Below, piece by piece: positions 39,975 to 50,815 of a stretch of DNA of 64,000 nt. Source of the stretch: Parcubacteria group bacterium (GTDB lineage Bacteria > Patescibacteriota > Minisyncoccia > Moranbacterales > UBA11712); the NCBI GenBank assembly GCA_041659685.1, contig JBAZXV010000003.1, positions 2,040 through 66,039 on the forward strand. The letters are read 5' to 3'. Every line of letters starts with the position of its first letter. Position 1 is the stretch's first letter. Made by a program: the position numbers and the translations under genes. Under the pieces are notes generated by a model that searched no databases, had not been told where the DNA came from, and was given only the letters and a program-made list of their open reading frames with translations.

Positions 39975-40305
39975 CGAGCTGCCTGAATTTTCCAGGGAAT
40001 TTAAAAAATACTCCGCCAAAAAATACAGGACACTGCAAAAAGATTTAGATAATTTCAAAAAAATAACCGATTCGATCCCGACGGGAACGGGGAAACATTT
40101 TAACGTCCTGTTTTCAAACAGCGAAATAAAAATCATCAAGGCGCGGCTGTTTTGCAGGACTCTGAAAGGATCGTCTATGAGAATAATCTACTGCTTTTTT
40201 CAAAATGCGAATAAAATTGAATTTATTGAAATATATTTCAAGGGCGACAAAGAAAACGAAAATCGGGAAAGAATAAGGGATTATATCAAGAATTTTGAAA
40301 TTTAA
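39964..40305 (+). CDS. RelE-like toxin
   Basis: F.REFKK..KKY..L..D, RIIY, IEIYFKGDKEN; overlaps the antitoxin stop. Confidence 0.7.
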   Translation: MNYSELPEFSREFKKYSAKKYRTLQKDLDNFKKITDSIPTGTGKHFNVLFSNSEIKIIKARLFCRTLKGSSMRIIYCFFQNANKIEFIEIYFKGDKENENRERIRDYIKNFEI

Positions 40306-40414
40306 TATCGCTGAAATATTCCGACATCCGATGTTGGGGCATTTTTAATTTGAAGGATATATTATCAATTCAAATCTTTTTCCGTTATAATGGAAAAGTA
40401 ATCTTGAAGCACTG

Positions 40415-41311
40415 ATGAAACTTGACCGCGAAAAAAAAGGCGACGCGTATATTCTTCTCGGGGCGGTGATCTGGGGATTTTTTCCCATAATCACCACTCT
40501 TACTTTTGCGACCTTGTCTCCCCTCACTTCGCTTGGCTGGAGCACTCTTTTCGCCGCCGTGTTTTTCGCCGTTCTTTTGACAGCGCGAAAAAAATGGCCG
40601 GAAATCAGAAAAAAGGAAGCTTTGAAAGACATTCTCATGACGACTCTTCTCCTCAGCGTCGTCTATTATTTCTTCTATTATTTCGGCCTCAAATTCACGA
40701 GTCCCGGAAACGTGAGTCTCATCGCTCTCACTGAAATATTTTTCAGCTTCATCTTTTTCCAGCTGTGGCGAAAAGTTGATTTTCCGCCGGCGCATATCTT
40801 CGGGGCCCTTCTCATGCTTTCGGGAGCCGGCATCGTGCTTTATCCGAATTTTTCCTCTTTTCACTCAGGGGATTTTCTCATTTTAGCCGCCTGCTTCATC
40901 GCCCCGTTTGGAAATTTTTTCCAGCAAAGAGCGCGAAAAAACGCCGGCAGCGAAGCGATTCTGTTCGTCCGCAGCCTTTTCGGCGCGATTTTAATTTTTG
41001 CTTTGGCCGCGGCGCTGGGAGAAAACGTTTTTGCGCTCGACCTTTCGAAATCCTTTTTGTTTCTTCTCGTGAACGGGTTTATCATGTTCGGATTTTCCAA
41101 AATTATCTGGATTGAAGGCATCCATCGGATCAGCGTGACAAAAGCCAACGCCCTTTCCGCCATCACTCCCCTTCTCACGCTTTTGTTTGTCTGGATGATT
41201 TTTCACAATGCCCCGACCGCTTTCCAGCTTCTCGCATTTGTGCCGATGTTTTTCGGCGTTTTTCTTCTCGGCAAAGGAAAAAAAGCGGAAAAACTGGAGC
41301 TCGAAGTATAG
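40415..41311 (+). CDS. DMT/EamA family transporter
   Basis: Ten TM segments in two EamA repeats. Confidence 0.88.
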   Translation: MKLDREKKGDAYILLGAVIWGFFPIITTLTFATLSPLTSLGWSTLFAAVFFAVLLTARKKWPEIRKKEALKDILMTTLLLSVVYYFFYYFGLKFTSPGNVSLIALTEIFFSFIFFQLWRKVDFPPAHIFGALLMLSGAGIVLYPNFSSFHSGDFLILAACFIAPFGNFFQQRARKNAGSEAILFVRSLFGAILIFALAAALGENVFALDLSKSFLFLLVNGFIMFGFSKIIWIEGIHRISVTKANALSAITPLLTLLFVWMIFHNAPTAFQLLAFVPMFFGVFLLGKGKKAEKLELEV

Positions 41312-41439
41312 CTTTTCACGCCGGGCTATTTTAAATAAGATGAAGGAAGGGAGTGAAATTTATTGGATATATGCTATAATCAGACCATAACTTCTTTTAG
41401 TCAGATCTTCAGTCTTTTTAACAATTAAACGAAAAAAAC

Positions 41440-42234
41440 ATGAACAAAAAAACAACCTGGCTGATAGTCGCGCTGGTGATCCTGGCCCTGGCCGCCTTTT
41501 TGGATTTTGGTATTTTTTCCAAAAACAAACTGCCGGCGGAACTCATTGTCTCCGGGCATCCGGAGTGGCCGCCGATTATGTACCAGCAGAACGATCAGAT
41601 TGTCGGCGCCGGGCCGGAAATCGTCGCGAAAATTTTTCAAGAATTGGGCATCAAAGTTGTTCCGAAATTTGAAGGTTCTTGGGAAACAGTCCAAAGCAAG
41701 GCCAAAGACGGTTCCGTCGACGTTTTAGCGGCCGCCTACAAAACGGCGGAGCGGGAAACCTACATGGACTATTCGATCCCCTATACGGTTGACCCGGTGG
41801 TTTTGGTGACTAAAAAAGGCAAGGCTTTCCCCTATGACAAATGGGACGACCTCGTCGGGAAAAATGGAGTGGTGACGACCGGCGACAGTTACGGGCAGGA
41901 TTTTGACAATTTCTTGAAAGAAAAACTGACGGCTCAAAAAGTCGGCGCCCCCGCGGAAGCTTTTGCGCTTCTCGACCAGGGGAAAGCGGACTATTTCGTC
42001 TACGCGCTTTATTCGGCCGAAAATTATTTTTTTCAGCAAAAAGCGGCTGACCGGTTTGAGATTATTCCAAAATATGTCAGCTCGGAAAATTTCTATCTCA
42101 CTGTTTCCAAAAAATCTCCTTTCGCTTCTCTCCTGCCGCAAGTTAACGCTCTTTTGGAAAAATATAAAGCGGACGGAACGATTGACCGGATAATCGAAAG
42201 CAAGAAGCAATCTTTGTGGAGCGAGAATAAATAG
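41440..42234 (+). CDS. Amino-acid-type substrate-binding protein (family 3)
   Basis: EWPP, GSVDV, YKTAERE..DYS.PY, DGTIDRI. Confidence 0.88.
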   Translation: MNKKTTWLIVALVILALAAFLDFGIFSKNKLPAELIVSGHPEWPPIMYQQNDQIVGAGPEIVAKIFQELGIKVVPKFEGSWETVQSKAKDGSVDVLAAAYKTAERETYMDYSIPYTVDPVVLVTKKGKAFPYDKWDDLVGKNGVVTTGDSYGQDFDNFLKEKLTAQKVGAPAEAFALLDQGKADYFVYALYSAENYFFQQKAADRFEIIPKYVSSENFYLTVSKKSPFASLLPQVNALLEKYKADGTIDRIIESKKQSLWSENK

Positions 42235-42346
42235 GGCCGCCGAATTTGAAGCTCCCAATCCCGCCTCCCTCACCGGCCCGCTTCGACGCGAGACGAGCAG
42301 GCGCACGAATTTTCTGCGAAGCGGAATAAACATACAAAATAATATT

Positions 42347-42616
42347 ATGAAACTTTTTCGTTTTGTTTTTTCTCTGGTCCTGCTAGGTTGGGGAGTTTTG
42401 GCGTTTCTTGCGGGAACTGATATTTATCATGCAACGGATCCGAATCTCTCGGTGGAATGGCTTGTCTTCAGTTCGTATTTCTATTTGAGCCTTCTTTATT
42501 ATCCTCATAAACATGGCGGATTTTTTCATTCGGAAAGACGAAAAATAATCAATGAAAGCATCTTTTTTCCCTTTTGGCCGGTTTGTTGCCAATATTCCCG
42601 ATTCTCTGTAAAATGA
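42347..42616 (+). CDS. Small hypothetical membrane protein (possibly degenerate)
   Basis: Hydrophobic ORF only. Confidence 0.4.
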   Translation: MKLFRFVFSLVLLGWGVLAFLAGTDIYHATDPNLSVEWLVFSSYFYLSLLYYPHKHGGFFHSERRKIINESIFFPFWPVCCQYSRFSVK

Positions 42617-42655
42617 AGTCTGTTGGAGATTTTCTAAAAATTAATTGATAAACCA

Positions 42656-43702
42656 ATGTTTATGCGTCAGACGGAACGCCGGATGGGAAAGGAAAATTTT
42701 TACCAGAAAAAGCGGTTTAAGATTTTGCTGGCGGCAATCATATTAGTTGTCGCCGTTGCGGGATTTTTTGCCATAAAGACCGGACATATATTAAACAAAA
42801 TTTCCGGTTCAAAAAACTCCTCTTTGGGGAGCTTGTTCGGAAACTCAGCGTCTCCGCAATCGGATGACGGACGGATTAATGTTCTGCTGCTCGGCATGAG
42901 AGGCACGAATATGCCTGGCGGAGGTCTCCTCGCGGATTCAATCATGGTCGCCTCGTTTGATACCAAAAACAACAAAGTCGGGCTGATTTCAGTTCCGCGC
43001 GACCTTTATGTCCAAATTCCCGGCACATCAGAACGCGGAAAAATCAATTCAGTTTATGCCCATTGGGAAGGCGGTGGTAAAGGCCAGGGCATCCAGAAAA
43101 TGGAAGAAATGATGGGGATCGTCACCGGTCTCAAGATCAATCATGCCATCGTAATCAATTTTGATGGATTCAAGAAAATGATTGACGCCGTCGGAGGAAT
43201 TGATGTCCGGATGCCCAAGGGTTTTGCAGAAACTCAGCAATTCGTGGAGGGAAACGAATGCGGAGGGTCGTTTACATTGCCGATCGGCACCAATCATCTT
43301 AACGGAGAAAAGGCCCTTTGCTACGCTCGCGCGCGGGTGCAGACCAACGATTTTGACCGCGCCAAGCGCCAGCAAGTAGTCCTGAAAGCTTTGAAAGATA
43401 AACTGATCTCTCTCGGAACACTCGCCGATTTTTCTAAAGTCAACAACCTCTTGAATATTGCCGGAGACAACGTGAAAACCGATCTCACGCCCGAGGAGAT
43501 GAAAGGTTTTTATGACCAATATGCAAGCATGAAAGACGCCGATATCAACCAGCGCGTCTTTGAAAATTCCGAGAAAGGTTTGCTCATGGTTCCGGAAGCC
43601 GGCACTGGCCTCGGCTATGTTCTCGTTCCGCGCACCGGACAAGACAACTATTCCGCCGTGCAAGATGCCTGTAAAAATATCTTCACCCCAGCGGCGGAGT
43701 AA
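42656..43702 (+). CDS. LCP (LytR-CpsA-Psr) family protein
   Basis: NVLLLG, DSIMV, SVPRDLY, ALCYARAR..DFDR.KRQQ. Confidence 0.92.
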   Translation: MFMRQTERRMGKENFYQKKRFKILLAAIILVVAVAGFFAIKTGHILNKISGSKNSSLGSLFGNSASPQSDDGRINVLLLGMRGTNMPGGGLLADSIMVASFDTKNNKVGLISVPRDLYVQIPGTSERGKINSVYAHWEGGGKGQGIQKMEEMMGIVTGLKINHAIVINFDGFKKMIDAVGGIDVRMPKGFAETQQFVEGNECGGSFTLPIGTNHLNGEKALCYARARVQTNDFDRAKRQQVVLKALKDKLISLGTLADFSKVNNLLNIAGDNVKTDLTPEEMKGFYDQYASMKDADINQRVFENSEKGLLMVPEAGTGLGYVLVPRTGQDNYSAVQDACKNIFTPAAE

Positions 43703-44241
43703 ATTGCTTTCATTTGCGTAGTTTTTGTAACATCTGAACGTCCCGACACTTCATGCTGGGACGTTTTTATTTGACAAAAGTGATTGAGATGCTTTAATGA
43801 TATTATCATTCTCCTTAACATACGGGAGAAAAAGGAGGCAGCCATGATTACGGTCATGAATACCAAACCGGATCAGCGCGCAAGGTCGGCGCCCTAGCTT
43901 CCCTGAATGGCCGTCCGTAAACGGGCGATATTGGGGGCAGCGGCTCAGGATGGGTCTCATCGGCTAATCCTTTACCTGGCCATCATTCACCGGCCATGGT
44001 TCAGTCGCTGACATCTCCGGGCTATCATAAGGTACCACAAAAACCCGGAGGGCGTAGCTATGACTGGTAAAAACCAATTTTCCAACTTGACCTACAACAA
44101 TGCCGGGCTGGCGCTTTTAAATAGGCTGGCCCGGATCCCCTTTTTCTTTTTTTGAGAAAACAAAAATAACCCCGCCAAGGGGTCATTTTTTATATCCAAA
44201 GATATCCTTCCGGCAGACAGTGCAACCGGCTTGCCGAATGC

Positions 44242-44595
44242 TTAATTAATCTTCTTGAAAGTTATCTTATATGAAGGCTCGTATTCCGCGTTATTCTTGT
44301 CTTTGAGGTTGATGCTCTCCCCTTTCATGAGCGACGTCATCGCAATGTCAGTGAGCATTTGTCCCAGGCTTTCGATTTCCGACTTGGATTTTTCCAGCTC
44401 CTCATAGCGCGACCCCATCTCGGCCTGAATGGCGGATTCCTGCGCCTTTTTCTTTTCGCGGAGCTTTTTCAGCTCTTCTTTTGTGTCTTCGTAGCCTTCC
44501 GATTGCGAAAGGGCATCCCGATATTCCCGGCCGATTTCTTTGCAAGTTTTCTTATGTTCCTGGATTTTGTCGAATACTTCCTGCATTTTTTGCAT
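44242..44595 (-). CDS. Conserved coiled-coil hypothetical protein
   Basis: Coiled coil with LTDIAMT.LMKGE..YEP tail. Confidence 0.7.
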   Translation of the reverse strand: MQKMQEVFDKIQEHKKTCKEIGREYRDALSQSEGYEDTKEELKKLREKKKAQESAIQAEMGSRYEELEKSKSEIESLGQMLTDIAMTSLMKGESINLKDKNNAEYEPSYKITFKKIN

Positions 44596-44719
44596 ATTTT
44601 TTGTTCTTGAAAAAGAAAATTAATAACGTTTGTTATCTTAACACAAAGCCGGCGGATTGGAAACCTGCCCAATAATTATTTTGGTTGGACGCAAAGGCGG
44701 ATTGTGCTACCATTCCTGC

Positions 44720-45994
44720 ATGAAAAACAATCAGGAAAAATTTGATATCGCGGTCATCGGAGGCGGACCGGCCGGCATGATGGCGGCAGGGCGGGCGGCC
44801 CAAATGGGCGCCAGAGTCGCGCTTTTGGAAAAAAACACCACTCTCGGCCGCAAGCTCCTCATTACCGGAAAAGGCCGCTGTAATCTGACGCAGGCGGAAT
44901 TTGACGACAAGGTGATTATCGAAAAATTCGGGAAAAACGGAAAATTTTTATTTTCCTCGCTGGCGGCTTTCGGGCCGGAGGAAGTCATTAAATTTTTCGA
45001 AGACAGAAAATTACCCGTTAAAACCGAAAGGGGCGGACGGGTTTTTCCCGTTTCGGATAAATCACTGGATGCCTTGCGGGTGATGAAAAAATATCTGGAA
45101 AATCACAAGGTGAAGATAATGTCCGGCAGCAGAATCTACGGATTTTTCAGCGACGGGAAAAAAATTACGGGCATAAAACTAAAACCCGGAAGAAATATGC
45201 CCGGCGACAATCAGATCTCGGCTGATAAATTCATTCTCTGCACGGGCGGAAAATCCTATCCAATCACCGGTTCAACCGGCGACGGATATCAATGGGCCAA
45301 GGAATTGGGACATACGATAACTCCGCCCGCTCCGGCCCTGGTGCCGATCAAAGCCAAAGAGGCTTGGATCCGGGACGTGCAAGGCTTGAGTTTGAAAAAC
45401 GTGGAAATAAAACTGCTGCAGGACAACAAGAAACGGGATTCGAGATTCGGAGAAATGCTTTTTACGCATTTCGGCCTCAGCGGACCGATCGTGCTGGATC
45501 TCAGCAAGCGCGCCGGAGAATTGATGCGGCAGGGCGAAGTCACAATTTCCATTGACCTGAAACCCGCCCTTAGCTCAGACCGTCTTGATGCCCGGCTGCA
45601 AAGGGATTTCAAAGATAACGGAAAGAAAGACTTTATCAACTACCTTCCGGAGCTCCTGCCGCAAAAAATGATCCTTCTGATGATAAAACTCTCCGGCATC
45701 GATCCGCGAAAAAAAATAAATTCCATCACCCGGGATGAACGGAAAAAACTAGCGGGCCTCCTCAAGGATTTGCGCCTGACGGCTGACGGAACAACCGGAT
45801 ATGATCAGGCCATCGTCACGAGCGGAGGAGTGAGCACGAAAGAAGTGCATTCCAAAACCATGCAATCCCGAATCGTCAGCAACCTGTTTCTTGCCGGCGA
45901 GATTTTGGATTTGGACGGGCCATCCGGCGGATACAACCTTCAAATGTGCTGGAGCACCGGATATGCCGCCGGAACATACGCGGCGCAATTATGA
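44720..45994 (+). CDS. HI0933/BaiN family flavoprotein
   Basis: IGGGPAGMMAA, TGKGRCN, GGKSYP.TGSTGDG, FTHFGLSGP, GGYNLQ. Confidence 0.95.
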   Translation: MKNNQEKFDIAVIGGGPAGMMAAGRAAQMGARVALLEKNTTLGRKLLITGKGRCNLTQAEFDDKVIIEKFGKNGKFLFSSLAAFGPEEVIKFFEDRKLPVKTERGGRVFPVSDKSLDALRVMKKYLENHKVKIMSGSRIYGFFSDGKKITGIKLKPGRNMPGDNQISADKFILCTGGKSYPITGSTGDGYQWAKELGHTITPPAPALVPIKAKEAWIRDVQGLSLKNVEIKLLQDNKKRDSRFGEMLFTHFGLSGPIVLDLSKRAGELMRQGEVTISIDLKPALSSDRLDARLQRDFKDNGKKDFINYLPELLPQKMILLMIKLSGIDPRKKINSITRDERKKLAGLLKDLRLTADGTTGYDQAIVTSGGVSTKEVHSKTMQSRIVSNLFLAGEILDLDGPSGGYNLQMCWSTGYAAGTYAAQL

Positions 45995-46347
45995 CTTCGC
46001 AGTCAAGCCAACTTATAATGGTTTCGGGATTCCGGACACAGCTTCTCGGCTTTTTTCTGGTTCGCGGGATGGCTTTTTACCGTCGGATTTCTGCATCTCG
46101 CTTTCTGGAAAGGCGTGCTGGCTATCGTCCTCTGGCCGTATTTTATCGGCCTCGCCATAAGCGCAATGGCCGGACGCTAGAATCCCGGAAAAATATTTTT
46201 TCTGATTTTTTATTGAGACAAAGAAGATCATGTGTTTTCGGCATGATTTTTTCATTCACGGTTCGACGCCAAAAAAGCGCCTGACCCCTTTTCAAATCCG
46301 TTAAAGTGATGTATGATTAAAACTCAGTGCTTAACAAGGGAAAACCA

Positions 46348-47799
46348 ATGGCGAATGACGATGTAGCAGTGCGTTTCAATAACGTAACATTTGAATACGG
46401 ATATAAAAAACCCATTTTGGATGAGGTTTCTTTTTCTTTGCGCCGCGGCTCGAAAATCACGCTCATGGGGCAAAACGGCGCCGGCAAAAGCACGATTTTG
46501 AATTTGATTGCCGGATCCCTGAAAGAAGAAGACGGATCCATCTATGTCGACCCACGGCTCAAAATCGCCTACGCAAAACAGGTCATTCCGAGCGATCAAA
46601 TGCCTTTGACGGTCAGGGAATTCTTCGAGCAATGCTTTTTGGAAAAAATATATAATATTGATCCGAAAATCGACAGCGTACTTGACCTTGTTAATCTCAA
46701 GGCGCCGCATGACAAAATAATCAGGGAATTTTCCGGCGGACAGCAGGCTCGCCTCCTTTTGGCTTCGGCTTTGATCCAGGATCCGGATCTTCTCATTCTT
46801 GACGAGCCGACCAACAATTTGGACGCGGCGGGAATCGCCCGGCTTACGGAATTTTTGATGAATTACGACAAAACCTGCATTGTTATTTCCCACGATGCGG
46901 ACTTCTTGAATTCTTTCACGGACGGAGTCCTCTATCTTGACGTGTTCACCCACAAAGTTGAACAATATCTCGGCGACTATTATGTCGTGGTGGCGGAAAT
47001 CGCGGACCGCATCGAAAAAGAAAAGAGAAAAAATGCGCAATACGAAAAAGAAATTATCGCCAACAAAGAAAAAGCTAATTTTTTCGCAAACAAGGGAGGA
47101 AAAATGCGTCTCGTCGCGCGAAAAATGCGCAATAAAGCGGCTGAAATGGAGGAATCGAAAGTTGATGTAAGACGGGAGGACAAAGCCATTCGAAATTTCA
47201 CCATTCCCGTTCAGGAAGAACTGCTGGGAGAAATCCTGAATATCAGTTCACTCACTGTGATGAGAGGCCAGAATCCGGAAGAGAAGAAAACGGCTGTCTC
47301 GCTCAAAAAAAACACTCATCTTCTGCTGGCCGGCCCCAACGGGATCGGAAAAAGTACTTTGCTTGAATCGCTGGCTTCAGGCAGTGCCAAGGGCGCAAAA
47401 ATTGCGGACGGCATCCGGATCGGATACTACCGGCAGGATTTTTCGACGCTTAATTTCGAAGACACCGTGCGTGATTCGCTTGCGGCGGCAGCGCGAAAAA
47501 ATGACGAAGAGATGCTTCGATCAGTCGCCTCGGGATTCCTTATCGATAAAAAAATAATCAATGAAAAGATCGGAACCCTTTCCGAAGGGCAAAAGGGGCT
47601 CGTCGCTTTTGCGCGCCTCGTTCTTGAAGAGCCGGGACTTTTGATTCTGGACGAGCCGACGAACCACATCAATTTCCGCCATCTGCCGGTTATCGCAAAA
47701 GCCCTGGATTCCTTCAAGGGCGCCATGGTTCTTGTGAGCCATGTCCCTGAATTCGTGCAGCAAATCCGGATAGACGAAGTACTGGATCTGGAAAAATAA
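46348..47799 (+). CDS. ABC-F family ATP-binding protein
   Basis: Two ABC domains (GQNGAGKS, GPNGIGKS, DEPTN twice); no TM segments. Confidence 0.92.
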   Translation: MANDDVAVRFNNVTFEYGYKKPILDEVSFSLRRGSKITLMGQNGAGKSTILNLIAGSLKEEDGSIYVDPRLKIAYAKQVIPSDQMPLTVREFFEQCFLEKIYNIDPKIDSVLDLVNLKAPHDKIIREFSGGQQARLLLASALIQDPDLLILDEPTNNLDAAGIARLTEFLMNYDKTCIVISHDADFLNSFTDGVLYLDVFTHKVEQYLGDYYVVVAEIADRIEKEKRKNAQYEKEIIANKEKANFFANKGGKMRLVARKMRNKAAEMEESKVDVRREDKAIRNFTIPVQEELLGEILNISSLTVMRGQNPEEKKTAVSLKKNTHLLLAGPNGIGKSTLLESLASGSAKGAKIADGIRIGYYRQDFSTLNFEDTVRDSLAAAARKNDEEMLRSVASGFLIDKKIINEKIGTLSEGQKGLVAFARLVLEEPGLLILDEPTNHINFRHLPVIAKALDSFKGAMVLVSHVPEFVQQIRIDEVLDLEK

Positions 47800-47902
47800 T
47801 TTTACGAATTACACTATTGAAACCGCCCCGCTAAGGAGGGGCGGTTTTTGTTCGGAACGGAGATAAGCAATTAATTACTTATCTCGTTAAGTCATCATCT
47901 TT

Positions 47903-48745
47903 TCACAGTTTAAGTTTTTTATTTCTCAGGCTGAACTTTGGAAAAAGCGTCCCGGAAAGAATGATATTTTTCGCAGAACATGCCTCCCGGCCAAAAGACA
48001 AAACGGCAGGGCTTTTTCCCGTAAACGAAGGCGGGCGATAGAAAAATTTCATCGCCCCCAATTCTGAAGAAGATTCTTTTTCTTCGCTGCCGACAATCAG
48101 GGTGCTCTTGACGGGACTGCTTAAGTTGCCCGCCGCATCGCCCGCCAAACCCGTAATTTCATACTTACCCGGAGTTAATTCCGGAAAAATGATGCCGGAC
48201 GGCAAAACCCACGTGCCATCTTCGTTGTTAACGGCGGCATAGACAGTTCCATTGATATCGACTACGATTACGGCTGTTTTATCATCAACCGTTCCTTCGA
48301 GATCCGGGCTGGAATCGTTTGTGACGGAACTGTTAACAGTCATCTTGGGCGCCGCTGTGTCGATAACCAGACCTTCCATGGCCCTTATGCTGATCCGGGC
48401 GCCTTCAAGGGGAACCGCGTTCATTGTCACATCATAGATCCCGTCCGCCAGATCGGTTTCCGCGCCTGCCGCCCAACTTCCGTCGCCGCTGTTGACTCCC
48501 CGAAAAGTTTGGTTGGCGACGTTCACGAATATGCCGGCGCTGGGTTCATCGATGGTGCCGGTAACGGTCGGCTTCGTATTGTTGGTTATCTGATAATTAA
48601 TGCTGAGTCGCGGACCGGGAATCACCGTGGGGTTAAGGAGAAGCTGATTTCCCGCTGTCTCCTGCGCTTTTGCCGGACTGACAGCTAAAATCAGCCAAAA
48701 TAGAGCCAGATTCGCCAACACCCTTCCAAATAAATTATTATCCAT
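47903..48745 (-). CDS. Secreted Ig-like domain protein
   Basis: Signal peptide; two TN...P...GT..DG.W..DAAGN repeats. Confidence 0.75.
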   Translation of the reverse strand: MDNNLFGRVLANLALFWLILAVSPAKAQETAGNQLLLNPTVIPGPRLSINYQITNNTKPTVTGTIDEPSAGIFVNVANQTFRGVNSGDGSWAAGAETDLADGIYDVTMNAVPLEGARISIRAMEGLVIDTAAPKMTVNSSVTNDSSPDLEGTVDDKTAVIVVDINGTVYAAVNNEDGTWVLPSGIIFPELTPGKYEITGLAGDAAGNLSSPVKSTLIVGSEEKESSSELGAMKFFYRPPSFTGKSPAVLSFGREACSAKNIILSGTLFPKFSLRNKKLKL

Positions 48746-48957
48746 CTTTTTTAAATATCAATTAATTTATCCTTCTCTGCGATGCAAGATAAGCGCACTC
48801 AACCGTCCCTATTTATGAATACTTATTTTAGTTTTTTTTATTACTGATATTTCAGAAATCGAGCGCCTGTAAAATCCGGCTTGGCAGAGATAAAAACCAA
48901 AAAGCGCTCCATTGCAAAAGACGCTTTAGCTTCGGAATGAAGATGCTCCAAACAGTT

Positions 48958-50631
48958 TTATTCGCGGCGGATTATAAGAGAGGCAAGGGCGGCAAAAAGA
49001 GAAAGCGCGGCCGAAATTGAAAACACGAGAATCGTCCCTTTTCTGAAAGGCCCGCTCAAAATACTGGGAAAAAATTCATGTCCCAACAAATCGTTTCTGG
49101 CGGAATCGGACAAACTGTTTAAAACTTGGCCTGGAACGAGCGAACCCAGAGGATTATAACCCAGAAAGGCGGCGAAAATTGCATTGGTGGGCGGCAGATG
49201 CGAAACGGCTTGAGCGGTAGGAACCGGGATGCCTTCTTTAATCAAAGATTGGTCGAGCGTGCCGGGGAGGCTGGAGGAAAGTCCGATCGTAATCAGCGCA
49301 AAAACAATAACAATGCCCATACTGTTTGAAACATTGAGAAATGTAGACCTCATTCCCGAGGCGACTCCGCGATGCTCAGGCGGAACGGAGTTCATTATCA
49401 CAGCCGTATTGGGAGAAAAGAATATCCCCATACCGGCTCCCAGGATAAAAATAATAAGAGCGAAAACAGGATAAGAAAAATTTATCGGGAGAAAAAGAAG
49501 CCCGATGAAAGCCAAAGCGGATACGAGCATGCCTCCCACCGTAAAATACCGGGAGCCGAAACGATCGGAAAAATAGCCGCCGATAGGCCCGGTGATAAAA
49601 AGTCCGGCGGTCAGGGGCAAAATAAAAATGCCGGCCCAAAGAGGAGTGTCCGCGAAATCATACCCGCGAAGCGGCAGCCAAATCCCCTGCAGCCAGATAA
49701 TGAGCATGAAAAGAAGGCCGCTTCTCGAGAGCGAGGAAAGGAAAGAAGCGACATTTGCGGCGGTAAAAACAGGAATGCGGAAAAGCTCCAGCCTGAACAT
49801 GGGAGCAATTTTTTTTCTTAATTTCTCCACAAAATAAAAAGCCGCGAGGAGAAGGAGGCCGACTGCCATAGCGCCGATGACTTTCGGATTCGTCCACCCC
49901 ATGGGCGACGACCCATACGGAATGATTCCGTATATGAATCCGACCATAAAAATCGTCAGGCCTCCCGCAAAAAGGATGTTTCCGAGGATATCCAGCTTCA
50001 CTTTTTCTTTTTTTCGCTTCACTTCCCGAAGGGAATAATAGGCCCAGACGGTTCCTCCGACGGAAAAAGGAATGCTCACCAGAAAAACGTATCTCCAATA
50101 TATCGCGGCCAGAACTCCACCAAGGACGAGTCCGATAAACTGCCCGGAGAGAAACGCCATTTGGTTTATTCCGAGCGCGAGACCCCTTTGCTTTTCCGGA
50201 AACGCATCGGTGATTATGGCCGAAGAATTGGCAAAAATGAACGCTCCTCCCACCGCCTGGACCATTCGGAAAATAATGAGCTGGATTGCCGCGCTGTTTC
50301 CCTGGCCGTGGATGAAATAGAGAAGAGTCGATCCGACCGCAAAAACAAGAAATCCGAAATTATAGAGGCGAACCCGGCCATACATATCCGAAATGCGTCC
50401 GATCGTCACCAAAAGGACGGAAGTCACCAAAAGATACCCCATTATCGTCCACAAAAGGTAATTCGATTCCTCCGGAAGAAGAGGATCAACTCCGATTCCC
50501 CGAAAAATCGCGGGAAGGGCGATGAGGACTATGCTGGCGTCGATGGCCGCCATAACGACACCCAGCGTAGTGTTGGAAAGCACAATCCATTTATAATCCA
50601 TATTTCGAATACGATTGAGTAGGCCTGGCAT
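48958..50631 (-). CDS. MFS transporter (DHA2, 14-TM)
   Basis: GRISDMYGR, FRMVQAVGG, RGLALG. Confidence 0.92.
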   Translation of the reverse strand: MPGLLNRIRNMDYKWIVLSNTTLGVVMAAIDASIVLIALPAIFRGIGVDPLLPEESNYLLWTIMGYLLVTSVLLVTIGRISDMYGRVRLYNFGFLVFAVGSTLLYFIHGQGNSAAIQLIIFRMVQAVGGAFIFANSSAIITDAFPEKQRGLALGINQMAFLSGQFIGLVLGGVLAAIYWRYVFLVSIPFSVGGTVWAYYSLREVKRKKEKVKLDILGNILFAGGLTIFMVGFIYGIIPYGSSPMGWTNPKVIGAMAVGLLLLAAFYFVEKLRKKIAPMFRLELFRIPVFTAANVASFLSSLSRSGLLFMLIIWLQGIWLPLRGYDFADTPLWAGIFILPLTAGLFITGPIGGYFSDRFGSRYFTVGGMLVSALAFIGLLFLPINFSYPVFALIIFILGAGMGIFFSPNTAVIMNSVPPEHRGVASGMRSTFLNVSNSMGIVIVFALITIGLSSSLPGTLDQSLIKEGIPVPTAQAVSHLPPTNAIFAAFLGYNPLGSLVPGQVLNSLSDSARNDLLGHEFFPSILSGPFRKGTILVFSISAALSLFAALASLIIRRE

Positions 50632-50815
50632 AGTTTTCCGGACTTCTTTTTTATGGCCGTAAACATTTATATCACTTAATACTAATGCCTCCAGAGTTTA
50701 TTCCAAGCCAACCGCTTCACGCTGGAAAAATGCGCAATCTGCCGGATAAACCGAAAACCGTCCGCCATAACGGGACGGCCTTTTCATATGAAAATACTTT
50801 CTGAAGCGCGTATGA

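Noticed and set aside
42236-42330. GC-rich stretch as a tRNA or ncRNA
   Set aside because: No cloverleaf, convincing T-arm or CCA end could be built.
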